IMG/VR virus record: IMGVR_UViG_3300022902_000006
Reading direction: 5' to 3' (one strand)
Length of the DNA stretch: 64,000 nucleotides
Origin: a virus
The notes beneath the pieces are model-generated. The model had not been told where the DNA came from. It saw only the letters and a list, made by a program, of their open reading frames with translations, and did not search any database. The position numbers and the translations under genes were made by a program. Below, piece after piece: positions 56,705 through 64,000 of this stretch (within the stretch, counting starts at the first letter, position 1; each line of letters starts with the position of its first letter).

Positions 56705-57526
56705 ATGCTGATGGACGAAGTAAGACTGGAGAAATACGCCGCTGAAGTAATCCAGGGCTACAAGTCCGCGAACGTGCCGTTGACGGACGGCGTCGTCAAG
56801 GTAGCGGAGGCGCGCTCGCTGAACGAGGAACAGGTACGTCGCCTGGTCGAGCGCGTGAACAACGATGTCTTTCAGCACCACTTCAAACAAGCAGAGGAAG
56901 CGAAAAGCGAAGACCGGAACGTGACCTTCGAACCCGCGAACCCCGACAGCGTACTCACCCGGCTCATCAACTCCGCCAAGGACGCCATCAACCCCACTCC
57001 CGAAGACTCGGCGGCGTCTGACCCTATGGACCTCATTGGAGACCTCCCCAATGGTTCTGACGCAGCGGGCCTGGGTGAACCAGAAAAGACTGCCTCCGCG
57101 CCAGAAGAGGAGCCCCTCCCATCCAAAGCAATCGTCATCACGCGACTGCGGAAAGCAGCCGGGGAGATGCGCATCGCTGAGACACAGGCCCGGTCCACCC
57201 TCACCGACGCCATGCAGAAGCTCGCGCGCCACTTCACCTTCCTGGACAACAAAGAGAAGTTTGCTGGCTTCGAGCGTGATGCGGTTTACCACCGTGGCAA
57301 CGACGCCGCGCCGTACCTCGCCCTCACTCGCCGTGCTCTGCGTATGCCCCGCATGACCTACGACGCCACCGCACTCCACAAGGTGGCACGTGTGGTCGAC
57401 ACCAACACCACTGAGATGCGGCTGTTGGATGCCTTCATCGCGGCTGACCAAGAAGTGGCGCGGCTGCACGCAGGCGTGGAGAAGATGGCAGCATACGAGA
57501 AGCAAGCAGGGACGCTGACCAGGTGA
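56705..57526 (+). CDS. Putative head protein with at least 8 K-x-A motifs
   Basis: EKYA, VKVA, EKTA, RKAA, QKLA, HKVA, EKMA and EKQA. Confidence 0.6.
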   Translation: MLMDEVRLEKYAAEVIQGYKSANVPLTDGVVKVAEARSLNEEQVRRLVERVNNDVFQHHFKQAEEAKSEDRNVTFEPANPDSVLTRLINSAKDAINPTPEDSAASDPMDLIGDLPNGSDAAGLGEPEKTASAPEEEPLPSKAIVITRLRKAAGEMRIAETQARSTLTDAMQKLARHFTFLDNKEKFAGFERDAVYHRGNDAAPYLALTRRALRMPRMTYDATALHKVARVVDTNTTEMRLLDAFIAADQEVARLHAGVEKMAAYEKQAGTLTR

Positions 57527-58884
57527 GTTCACCAGGCGAAAGGCCACTCTGGGGGGCTATCCCAGGAATCGGTGATGCGCTCCAGAACTGGGTGCAGACA
57601 GGGAACATCCGTAAATCTGAGGGGTTCCTCAGCCCTATCACCGACCCCAGTCATGTACCCATACCAACCCTGGACGCCCAACAAAAAGGATGGCGTGATA
57701 CCATCCTTCAAGACCTGCTCCGCGCACAGACCACACCCCCGGGAGAACGCGTCATGACCTCCTCATTCGTAAAGAAGCGAGCCTCCCTCCAGGATGACAC
57801 GGAGAAGCGTGCCGCATCCACCGCCCGGCTCGTACGGCAATTGATGAAGACAGTACCCGATGCCCCACGCATGCCGGGTATGTTGTCCCGTGTCTTCAGT
57901 GGGCGAGCCCGTGCCGAAGCACGGCAAGTTAGCACCCTGCATGATGACGTCATTCGCCGCATCGAAGCAGCAAGAATTCATGGCCCCAGCAACCCAGCCA
58001 TCGGGCAGACTGCCCCCACTGCACCTCACGAGGTAGAGCAGCTCCGCAACATGATCCAGGGTGAACTGACCAACATGCAGGTGCGTCGAGGCTTCAACGC
58101 AGGTGACGCAGCAAAGAGGATGTACCTGGATGGTGTCGAAGCAGAAGCACGCGCAGGGATTCTCCGCTCCAACCCGGGCGTTGACCCCGCAACCCTGGAC
58201 CGACTCGCGGCAAACGCCCGCTCCGCTGCGAACCAGTCCGGCAGCAAACACAAAGACCTCATCGAGCAAACCGTTGCCACCGCCCGCGATTCCGCACTAA
58301 AAAGCCCCCTCCCGGGGACTGTGCACACGCCGATCACGGATAACCCAGGGATGAAGGGTCTGCTCGGATTGGGCCTTGGTTCCACCGCCCTCATCGGTGG
58401 TACGGCTCTGACCCTGAACAACTTCGCGGACCCCACCACGCAGCGCGCCGGGTTCGGGGTTCGTTCTGGCGTCTACCCCAACATCATGGAGCGTCTGCGC
58501 TTGGATGAAGTAGCCGCTGACTCCTTCGCCAACGCCATAGGCAAGGAGATGGGGAAGAGCACCGTGGGATTGCTGGGTGACCTCGCGTCCAAAGCTGTTG
58601 CCTCTCCGGGTGACCTGGTCAAAAGCATGCAACGCAAGAACGTTTTCGACCAACTGCAAGAAGAGGATGACGTCATCGCCCGTGCAGACCCAGCACAACT
58701 GGACGAGGCTTACCACACGATGGTACGCTTCGCACCGACGCTTGCCACAGACAAGAACGCCGTCAAGACGTTCCTTCGCGAAAGCGTCCTGTACGGCACG
58801 GGACCGAACTTCGTTGCTATCAAACAACTGGCTGACGCCGAACGCGCCGTAAGCGCGCCCCCCAGCGTCGTAGTGAAAAAATAA
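57523..58884 (+). CDS. Putative head protein
   Basis: KKRA and EKRA motifs; hydrophobic Gly-rich segment. Confidence 0.55.
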   Translation: MSSPGERPLWGAIPGIGDALQNWVQTGNIRKSEGFLSPITDPSHVPIPTLDAQQKGWRDTILQDLLRAQTTPPGERVMTSSFVKKRASLQDDTEKRAASTARLVRQLMKTVPDAPRMPGMLSRVFSGRARAEARQVSTLHDDVIRRIEAARIHGPSNPAIGQTAPTAPHEVEQLRNMIQGELTNMQVRRGFNAGDAAKRMYLDGVEAEARAGILRSNPGVDPATLDRLAANARSAANQSGSKHKDLIEQTVATARDSALKSPLPGTVHTPITDNPGMKGLLGLGLGSTALIGGTALTLNNFADPTTQRAGFGVRSGVYPNIMERLRLDEVAADSFANAIGKEMGKSTVGLLGDLASKAVASPGDLVKSMQRKNVFDQLQEEDDVIARADPAQLDEAYHTMVRFAPTLATDKNAVKTFLRESVLYGTGPNFVAIKQLADAERAVSAPPSVVVKK

Positions 58885-58895
58885 AGGACCGCGCC

Positions 58896-59120
58896 ATGAC
58901 AAATCTATTCAAAGCCCTGCAACCCCGCGTTCGAAGCAACCTTCGCGGGAATATGCACAAGGTCGCCGCAGTGATGGCGCGCGGCGAGGGTATCCCCCTC
59001 ACGCGAGACGAAGTCACCATCAAGGAAGCGGCACTCATCCTCGGCATCAAGTTCCACCGGCAATACCTCGAAAAAGCGGCCATGCTCGACGGCCTGATGT
59101 GCCTCAAACGCCTGGGATAA
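58896..59120 (+). CDS. Small putative head protein
   Basis: HKVA and EKAA motifs; SD AAGGA. Confidence 0.5.
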   Translation: MTNLFKALQPRVRSNLRGNMHKVAAVMARGEGIPLTRDEVTIKEAALILGIKFHRQYLEKAAMLDGLMCLKRLG

Positions 59121-59123
59121 GTC

Positions 59124-59774
59124 ATGACCCCCGAAGAAGCGTACCACCAGTTAATGGCAAAACTCTCCGCGTGCTCTGCACAGGAGAAGACTGCCTCCGT
59201 GACCCCCACGGATGCCGCCCTGCTCCAGAAAACTGCAGCGGATGTGGACGCGTTCGAGACTTTCATGAAAATCGCCTTGTCCTGGCGCGGTGTGAAGGAT
59301 GTTGCCCGTATCGCAGTACCAACTGCGATAGGTGCAGGTGGGGTCGCAACGGGTGGTGTTTACCTGGCGGGCCAGAACCTCATCAACAACGCAGACGCCA
59401 AAGCAAAGGCGCGCATTGAGGAGATGCGTGCGAAAGCATCCAAGGTTGCACTTGGTGCAACTGTAGCGGGGGCCACGCTGCTCGGCCTGCACCACTACCT
59501 CTCCAAGGACCGAGAACGGGCGCTGCTCCCTGGACGCCGCCCTGCACCACGCCGCCGCCCTGCACCACGCCGCCTCGCACCGATGATGCCCACTTACAGG
59601 GGCTACGCATCGAAGTTCGGCTCCGCATTCAACCCAGCAGAAGCCGAGACCCTCGAAAAGATAGGGACGGTTGTGTACCTGGAAGTGATGCTGCAAAAAA
59701 CAGCACACAGTGATACACTGCGTCTACTCAACGCAGAACACGGATCATCACTACTCCAAGAGCTACTGCCGTGA
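59124..59774 (+). CDS. Putative head protein with RRPAP repeats
   Basis: EKTA and QKTA motifs; 18-nt coding repeat near 59535-59580. Confidence 0.55.
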   Translation: MTPEEAYHQLMAKLSACSAQEKTASVTPTDAALLQKTAADVDAFETFMKIALSWRGVKDVARIAVPTAIGAGGVATGGVYLAGQNLINNADAKAKARIEEMRAKASKVALGATVAGATLLGLHHYLSKDRERALLPGRRPAPRRRPAPRRLAPMMPTYRGYASKFGSAFNPAEAETLEKIGTVVYLEVMLQKTAHSDTLRLLNAEHGSSLLQELLP

Positions 59775-61735
59775 CCCACGACCCCACTGACCGCCTCAAG
59801 ATAATCAACCTGGGTGAACGTTTTGAACACACAGGTGAGCCCACTGTACAGCCAGTGGTGCTCTGGGGTTTACGCGGTAAACCATGCTTCGAAAAAGTGT
59901 CCGCAGAGCTTCAGGGGAGCCCCGCCCTGGAGTACGCACGCAGCATCGAACCCGTACCCGGGAAAACGATATCCCTGATCATCGGGCTGGGTAGTTTTGA
60001 ATTTTACGGCCTGAACCGCAACGGTGATGGGTTCAACGAACAACCCTACCGCGTCGGGCAGCAGCCAACCTGCGGGTGCTGTACTGATAAGACGCGCACC
60101 GCGTGGATTGAGGAAGCTGAGTGCACCACCCACCACTACCAGAGCTACGAAAACGGTGCGGTGTTTCGCCACCACGTCAATAAGGACCGGAAGAAGGCTG
60201 TTGGGCACATCCTCAAAGCGTTCTGGAATCCCATCATGCACCGTGTCGAGGTCATCGAAGACCTGAACAACGCCAAGGCTCCCGACCTCGCAACACGGAT
60301 AGGGGACGGGGAATTCCCTGCCAAGAGCATGGGGTGCCGCATCAAGTTCGATGTCTGCACCAAGTGTGGCCATCGCGCCCCAACCAGGAAACAATACTGC
60401 GACCACCTCAAGTGGGAAATGGGACACCTGGACCAAGCGACAGGTATTCGCTACGGCGCCCTCAACCCTGCCCCCAACTTCTTCGACAGTTCCTGGGTTT
60501 TCCGCCCCGCTGACCGCACAGGTTGGATGCTCAAAAAAGTCGCAGAACACGCGTACGAACTACAGGGCTCCAGTATCCTGGGCGAGCGTGTCGAAGACCT
60601 GAATCACAAAGCTGCGGCTGCGCAGAAGCTGGCCGTCATCGACAAAATCGTACAGGGGTACCCCGCCGCTGCATTCCCCGATGACGCCGACGCACCCCTC
60701 ATCGAGCGCTTCTGCCAGACAACGCTACCCACCATGGTAGAGAACACCGAAGAACTAACCACGGAAGATATGTCGCAGTTGAACCCAACTGACGACATCG
60801 CTGACGTACTCGCGTCTTTGGCTGAAGAAGGCATCACCCTCACTACCCCTGAATTCATTCGTCTGTTCGTATCACGCATGGCACCAGGTGTTGAAGTTCC
60901 TCCCGCCATCATGCCATACGCAGTTATCCTACAGTCGGAGTTGTTCGACCTTCTACGGCAACACCCCTCTCTGGTTGAAGAGGTGGTTACTCCTCTGACC
61001 AAGGAAAAACCACAACGCATCAAAATCCCAGAACCCATTCTGGAGAAGCGCTCATTCATCGGTGAATATCTACAACGCCGCCTGGCACCCACCATGCTGC
61101 AAGGCAACGCCGCTCCTACCACCGACCTCCTGCACGTACTCCCTTCACAGGGTCAAGACGGCTTCAAAACCACGCGAGGCGCTGCACAAGGAACACAGGA
61201 TGCCATCGCAGAAGCGAAGCTCAAGCAGGGTGTAGTCGCGGGCCTCCTGAGCAGCGTTGGCCTGGGCGTAGCTGGTCTCGTAGCCAAGAAAGCCCCTGGT
61301 GCACAAAAGTGGCTCGCTCTGGCCCCACTCGCAGGTGGGCTGGGCCTCGGGGGATACTACGGGGCAGAGGCCCTGCGCCCTGTGAAAATGAGGCGCACTA
61401 CAGAAGGTGGTCTGATCCCCGCACGAACCCCCATGAAAGAGTATCCACGCGCCGATGTTGAAGAGAGCGCACTCATGGAAGCAACGAAACGAAGTGGTTT
61501 GAGCCACCGCGTAAAGTCTGGGTCTGTCATTGCGCACTTGCGCAAGTACAGCGCAGCACAGCACCCCATGGCGCTGTTTGTTACAAAGCACGCCAGTCAC
61601 GGCGCCCAGTGCTCACACCTGTCTCTCGCAGCCATCGCACACGCACTCGAAAAGCGCGCATCTGCGGGCATATTTGAAGAGCCAATTGACCTAGACAAAG
61701 TAGCCGATTTGGTCGGATGCCTCATATGGGCGTAA
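59771..61735 (+). CDS. Probable prohead (capsid maturation) protease with C-terminal extension
   Basis: RNGDGF, FRHHVN (candidate His), KSMGC (candidate Ser), CTKCG...YCDH, FFDSSWV.RPAD, then KKVA. Positioned before scaffold-like genes. Confidence 0.7.
   Translation: MTHDPTDRLKIINLGERFEHTGEPTVQPVVLWGLRGKPCFEKVSAELQGSPALEYARSIEPVPGKTISLIIGLGSFEFYGLNRNGDGFNEQPYRVGQQPTCGCCTDKTRTAWIEEAECTTHHYQSYENGAVFRHHVNKDRKKAVGHILKAFWNPIMHRVEVIEDLNNAKAPDLATRIGDGEFPAKSMGCRIKFDVCTKCGHRAPTRKQYCDHLKWEMGHLDQATGIRYGALNPAPNFFDSSWVFRPADRTGWMLKKVAEHAYELQGSSILGERVEDLNHKAAAAQKLAVIDKIVQGYPAAAFPDDADAPLIERFCQTTLPTMVENTEELTTEDMSQLNPTDDIADVLASLAEEGITLTTPEFIRLFVSRMAPGVEVPPAIMPYAVILQSELFDLLRQHPSLVEEVVTPLTKEKPQRIKIPEPILEKRSFIGEYLQRRLAPTMLQGNAAPTTDLLHVLPSQGQDGFKTTRGAAQGTQDAIAEAKLKQGVVAGLLSSVGLGVAGLVAKKAPGAQKWLALAPLAGGLGLGGYYGAEALRPVKMRRTTEGGLIPARTPMKEYPRADVEESALMEATKRSGLSHRVKSGSVIAHLRKYSAAQHPMALFVTKHASHGAQCSHLSLAAIAHALEKRASAGIFEEPIDLDKVADLVGCLIWA
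59869..59881. repeat. TTTAC-N3-GTAAA palindrome
   Basis: TTTACGCGGTAAA. Confidence 0.85.
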
Positions 61736-61760
61736 TCTGACTTGTTTTTAGAAAACCTTC

Positions 61761-61772
61761 GACCTATGATTG
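61761..61772 (+). promoter_or_regulatory. Promoter-like motif variant GACCTATGATTG
   Basis: 10/12 match to GACCTATACTTG; intergenic. Confidence 0.5.
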
Positions 61773-61808
61773 AGAAGAAATTCGCCGACACCCAGTGAGG
61801 CCAACGAC

Positions 61809-62429
61809 ATGGAACTCAAAGACATCCTGAACCGCCTGGACAAGACCACGCAAGCCAACGAAGGTGGCGTGAAAACTGCCGGTGCCCAGCCCACCACCCC
61901 CATCGCTCCCGACGCATTGCGCGATGCGGTGCGCAACGCCTCCGGTGACGGTGAGACCAAAGTGGCCTCTGCACCAGAAGAGGACACCAGCGCACAGCTC
62001 CTCAAGATGGCGTCCGACCTGGCCAGCGCAGAAGACCAAGCGCTCACCAAGCGGGCCTCCGTGCTCGGCGCCGCCATGTGTGATGGCTTCATGACCCGCT
62101 TCGCCTCCTACGAGGAGGCCGCAGGCGCCGTCGCCCCGCAGGCGGAAAAGGTCGCCGCCGCGCAGGAGTACCACGGCGACATCACCGTGGACATGATCAA
62201 GCAGGCCGCAGCGAGCCCGGACTTCACCAAGTTCGCGGAGGACAACCCGCAGCTCGTGAAGGAAGCCTTTGACCTGGGCTACCAGCAGACCCTGGGTGCG
62301 ATGGAGAAGCAAGCCGCCGCCGAGTACGAGCAGGGCTACAACGAGACCATGGCCACCGTGCACAAGATCGCCGCCGAGTGCTACATCCAGGGTGAGACCA
62401 AGATCGCCCAGATTCTGGCCGCAGGTTAG
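61809..62429 (+). CDS. Scaffold-like acidic Ala-rich protein with 8 K-x-A motifs
   Basis: KTA, KVA, KMA, KRA, KVA, KQA, KQA, KIA; strong GC3 bias; SD GAGG. Confidence 0.6.
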   Translation: MELKDILNRLDKTTQANEGGVKTAGAQPTTPIAPDALRDAVRNASGDGETKVASAPEEDTSAQLLKMASDLASAEDQALTKRASVLGAAMCDGFMTRFASYEEAAGAVAPQAEKVAAAQEYHGDITVDMIKQAAASPDFTKFAEDNPQLVKEAFDLGYQQTLGAMEKQAAAEYEQGYNETMATVHKIAAECYIQGETKIAQILAAG

Positions 62430-62440
62430 CCCCGACGGGC

Positions 62441-63058
62441 ATGCGCTACGACGCCGCCACATTCGCGCTGTACGACGAGGTCTTCGCTGAAACGCTGGGC
62501 TTCGTGAAACGTGCTGGTCTGTTCGGCACCCTGGGAACGAAGTTCAAGGACTTCGTAACCGGGAGTCGGCGTGCTGAACAAGCGACTGCCACCCTGAATG
62601 CCACCGAAGCAGCGCGCGCCAGAGCGGTCCAAGAAGCAGCGGCGTTACGCGCCCGCATGCCCTCGGGCAACTTCAGCACTTTCGAAGACGCGGCACACAG
62701 TGCCCAGCAAGCGGAGATGCGTGCAGGTGCGGCAGAGGCTGCGGCTATCGAACGGCAACGTCTCGCTGAGGAAGCTGCTACTGTTGCACAACAAGGTGCA
62801 CGCCGTAACAAGCGCCTCGCCATCGGCGGGGGAGTAGTAGGCGCGACCGGGCTAACCGCTGCTGGAGCTGGCATCCCCATGGCATACGACAAGGGAGTTG
62901 ACCAGGGGCAAGAGCACCAGACGCGCACGCGAAACCTTGCCTTCGGGTCGGGCATCGTAGCCGGGACCACCGCACCAAACATCATCCGTGGCCTGGGTGG
63001 CATCGCCAGGTCTGCTGGACGCACGGGATTGTTCCCCGAGTTCCAAGGGCTCCGCTGA
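62441..63058 (+). CDS. Putative head protein
   Basis: VKRA motif after an N-terminal helix; coiled coil and Gly-rich TM-like segment. Confidence 0.55.
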   Translation: MRYDAATFALYDEVFAETLGFVKRAGLFGTLGTKFKDFVTGSRRAEQATATLNATEAARARAVQEAAALRARMPSGNFSTFEDAAHSAQQAEMRAGAAEAAAIERQRLAEEAATVAQQGARRNKRLAIGGGVVGATGLTAAGAGIPMAYDKGVDQGQEHQTRTRNLAFGSGIVAGTTAPNIIRGLGGIARSAGRTGLFPEFQGLR

Positions 63059-63059
63059 A

Positions 63060-63293
63060 ATGAAACAAGTACCCAGCATAGCGCAGATCGCTGCTGACAT
63101 TCTGCGAGAGGTGGACGCCGAGCGGCAGACCAAGGTCGCTGCGGCCCAGCTTGCTGGTCCCACGGCCTCTCCTGTCCCGCACTCAGAGGTTGCGCGGGGC
63201 CTGAACAAGATCGCACACCGTCTCCGCGAGCTGCCAACAGAGCCCGTCGTCACCATGACTGACATCCACAACTTCATGGGGAGGGTGGGATGA
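63060..63293 (+). CDS. Small K-x-A protein (MKQVPSIAQ...)
   Basis: ATG 2 nt after the upstream stop; TKVA and NKIA motifs. Confidence 0.55.
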   Translation: MKQVPSIAQIAADILREVDAERQTKVAAAQLAGPTASPVPHSEVARGLNKIAHRLRELPTEPVVTMTDIHNFMGRVG

Positions 63294-63445
63294 TCGACAA
63301 GACCGCCGAGGGGCTGCGCAAACTCGCAGCAAAACTGCGCGAAGAGGCTGACCTCCGTGACGCCGCGCACACCGTAAAGTGTGCGCAGGTAATCCGGGGA
63401 GCTACCTCGCTGTACCAACTCAAAAAGAAGCTGGGAGTGTCCTGA
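63290..63445 (+). CDS. 51-aa K-x-A protein, not in the ORF track (MIDKTAEGLRKLAAK...)
   Basis: ATGA overlap with the upstream gene and TGATG overlap with the downstream gene; DKTA, RKLA and VKCA motifs. Confidence 0.55.
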   Translation: MIDKTAEGLRKLAAKLREEADLRDAAHTVKCAQVIRGATSLYQLKKKLGVS

Positions 63446-63816
63446 TGACCAACTCACAACTACTCCGCGACACAGCCGACGTGCTGGAGAAGGTCGCCGA
63501 GCACATGGATCAACAAGCATCCGTGGTGGACTCCGAACGCGCCGCCGCACATGCCGCGCAGGTCTCCGAGCTGTCCACCAAGGTTGGGTCCAAGGTTGAC
63601 GTCGACGACGCCACCCTGGGCCGCATCGCCGAAGACCCCGCCCTGGTGGAGATCGTCACCAAGCTGGCATCAGACAGCGACGCACCCCCCGACGACATGG
63701 GTGAGGGCCACGACCTGGATGAGGGCAACACCGCCACAAGGACCAAGACGGGTTCTGCACAGGGAGAAATGGCTCCCGAGGACGCCCGGCTCTTGGCCTG
63801 GGTCAACGGCGACTGA
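63445..63816 (+). CDS. Acidic scaffold-like protein (MTNSQLLRD...)
   Basis: EKVA and TKLA motifs; coupled start. Confidence 0.55.
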   Translation: MTNSQLLRDTADVLEKVAEHMDQQASVVDSERAAAHAAQVSELSTKVGSKVDVDDATLGRIAEDPALVEIVTKLASDSDAPPDDMGEGHDLDEGNTATRTKTGSAQGEMAPEDARLLAWVNGD

Positions 63817-63876
63817 AAAAGATCGACGACGAGGAACACCACCTCTTAGCAAGCTACACGCAAAAGGAGCATTGAA

Positions 63877-64000
63877 ATGTCCGTACTCGCATCCAAGTTC
63901 GACATCACCAGAGGGTACCCCAACGGCGCCCTGGAAGAGGACTTCCCGATCAAGAAGACCGGCACCACCTACGAGACCATTCCCGCTGGTCACCTCGTGG
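63877..64000 (+). CDS. Start of a probable capsid/decoration gene (3'-truncated)
   Basis: SD AAGGAG; MSVLASKFDITRGYPNGALEEDF...; follows the protease and scaffold genes. Confidence 0.4.
   Translation, partial: MSVLASKFDITRGYPNGALEEDFPIKKTGTTYETIPAGHLV

Noticed and set aside
60003-60015. TTTACGGCCTGAA as a further palindrome copy
   Set aside because: It has two mismatches in the right arm and was not counted.
1-64000. CRISPR array or tRNA genes
   Set aside because: No regularly spaced direct repeats with unique spacers and no cloverleaf/T-loop consensus were seen in the few intergenic gaps. tRNAscan was not run.
1-64000. Stop-codon reassignment (alternative genetic code)
   Set aside because: Long conserved genes are intact in the standard code, and TAA, TAG and TGA are all used as stops with tight gene coupling.

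Overview
This GC-rich window comes from a large tailed dsDNA bacteriophage (jumbo-phage-like; host not identifiable from sequence), read in the standard genetic code. The minus strand carries DNA metabolism genes: class II ribonucleotide reductase, RuvC, UDG-fused family A DNA polymerase, primase-NTPase fusion, two PD-(D/E)XK nucleases, SNF2 helicase, ParB and an amidase. The plus strand carries virion and transcription genes: tail spike end, terminase, portal, a fused beta-beta' RNA polymerase with a separate beta' C-terminal gene, a sigma factor, prohead protease, and many head proteins rich in K-x-A motifs. Three signals stand out. (1) A retron-type reverse transcriptase lies in a tightly overlapping four-gene operon with unknown partners and has no ncRNA beside it, while a retron msr-msd-like structure sits 7.1 kb upstream on the same strand, just after the terminase gene. 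(2) At least 13 exact copies of the palindrome TTTAC-N3-GTAAA are dispersed roughly every 3-5 kb, resembling the KorB operator TTTAGCSGCTAAA, and a ParB-family gene is present. (3) A pervasive K-x-A motif suggests proteolytic processing of head proteins, including two sites that bracket a Zn-binding insert in the RNA polymerase. All calls are from manual motif recognition; no database searches were run.
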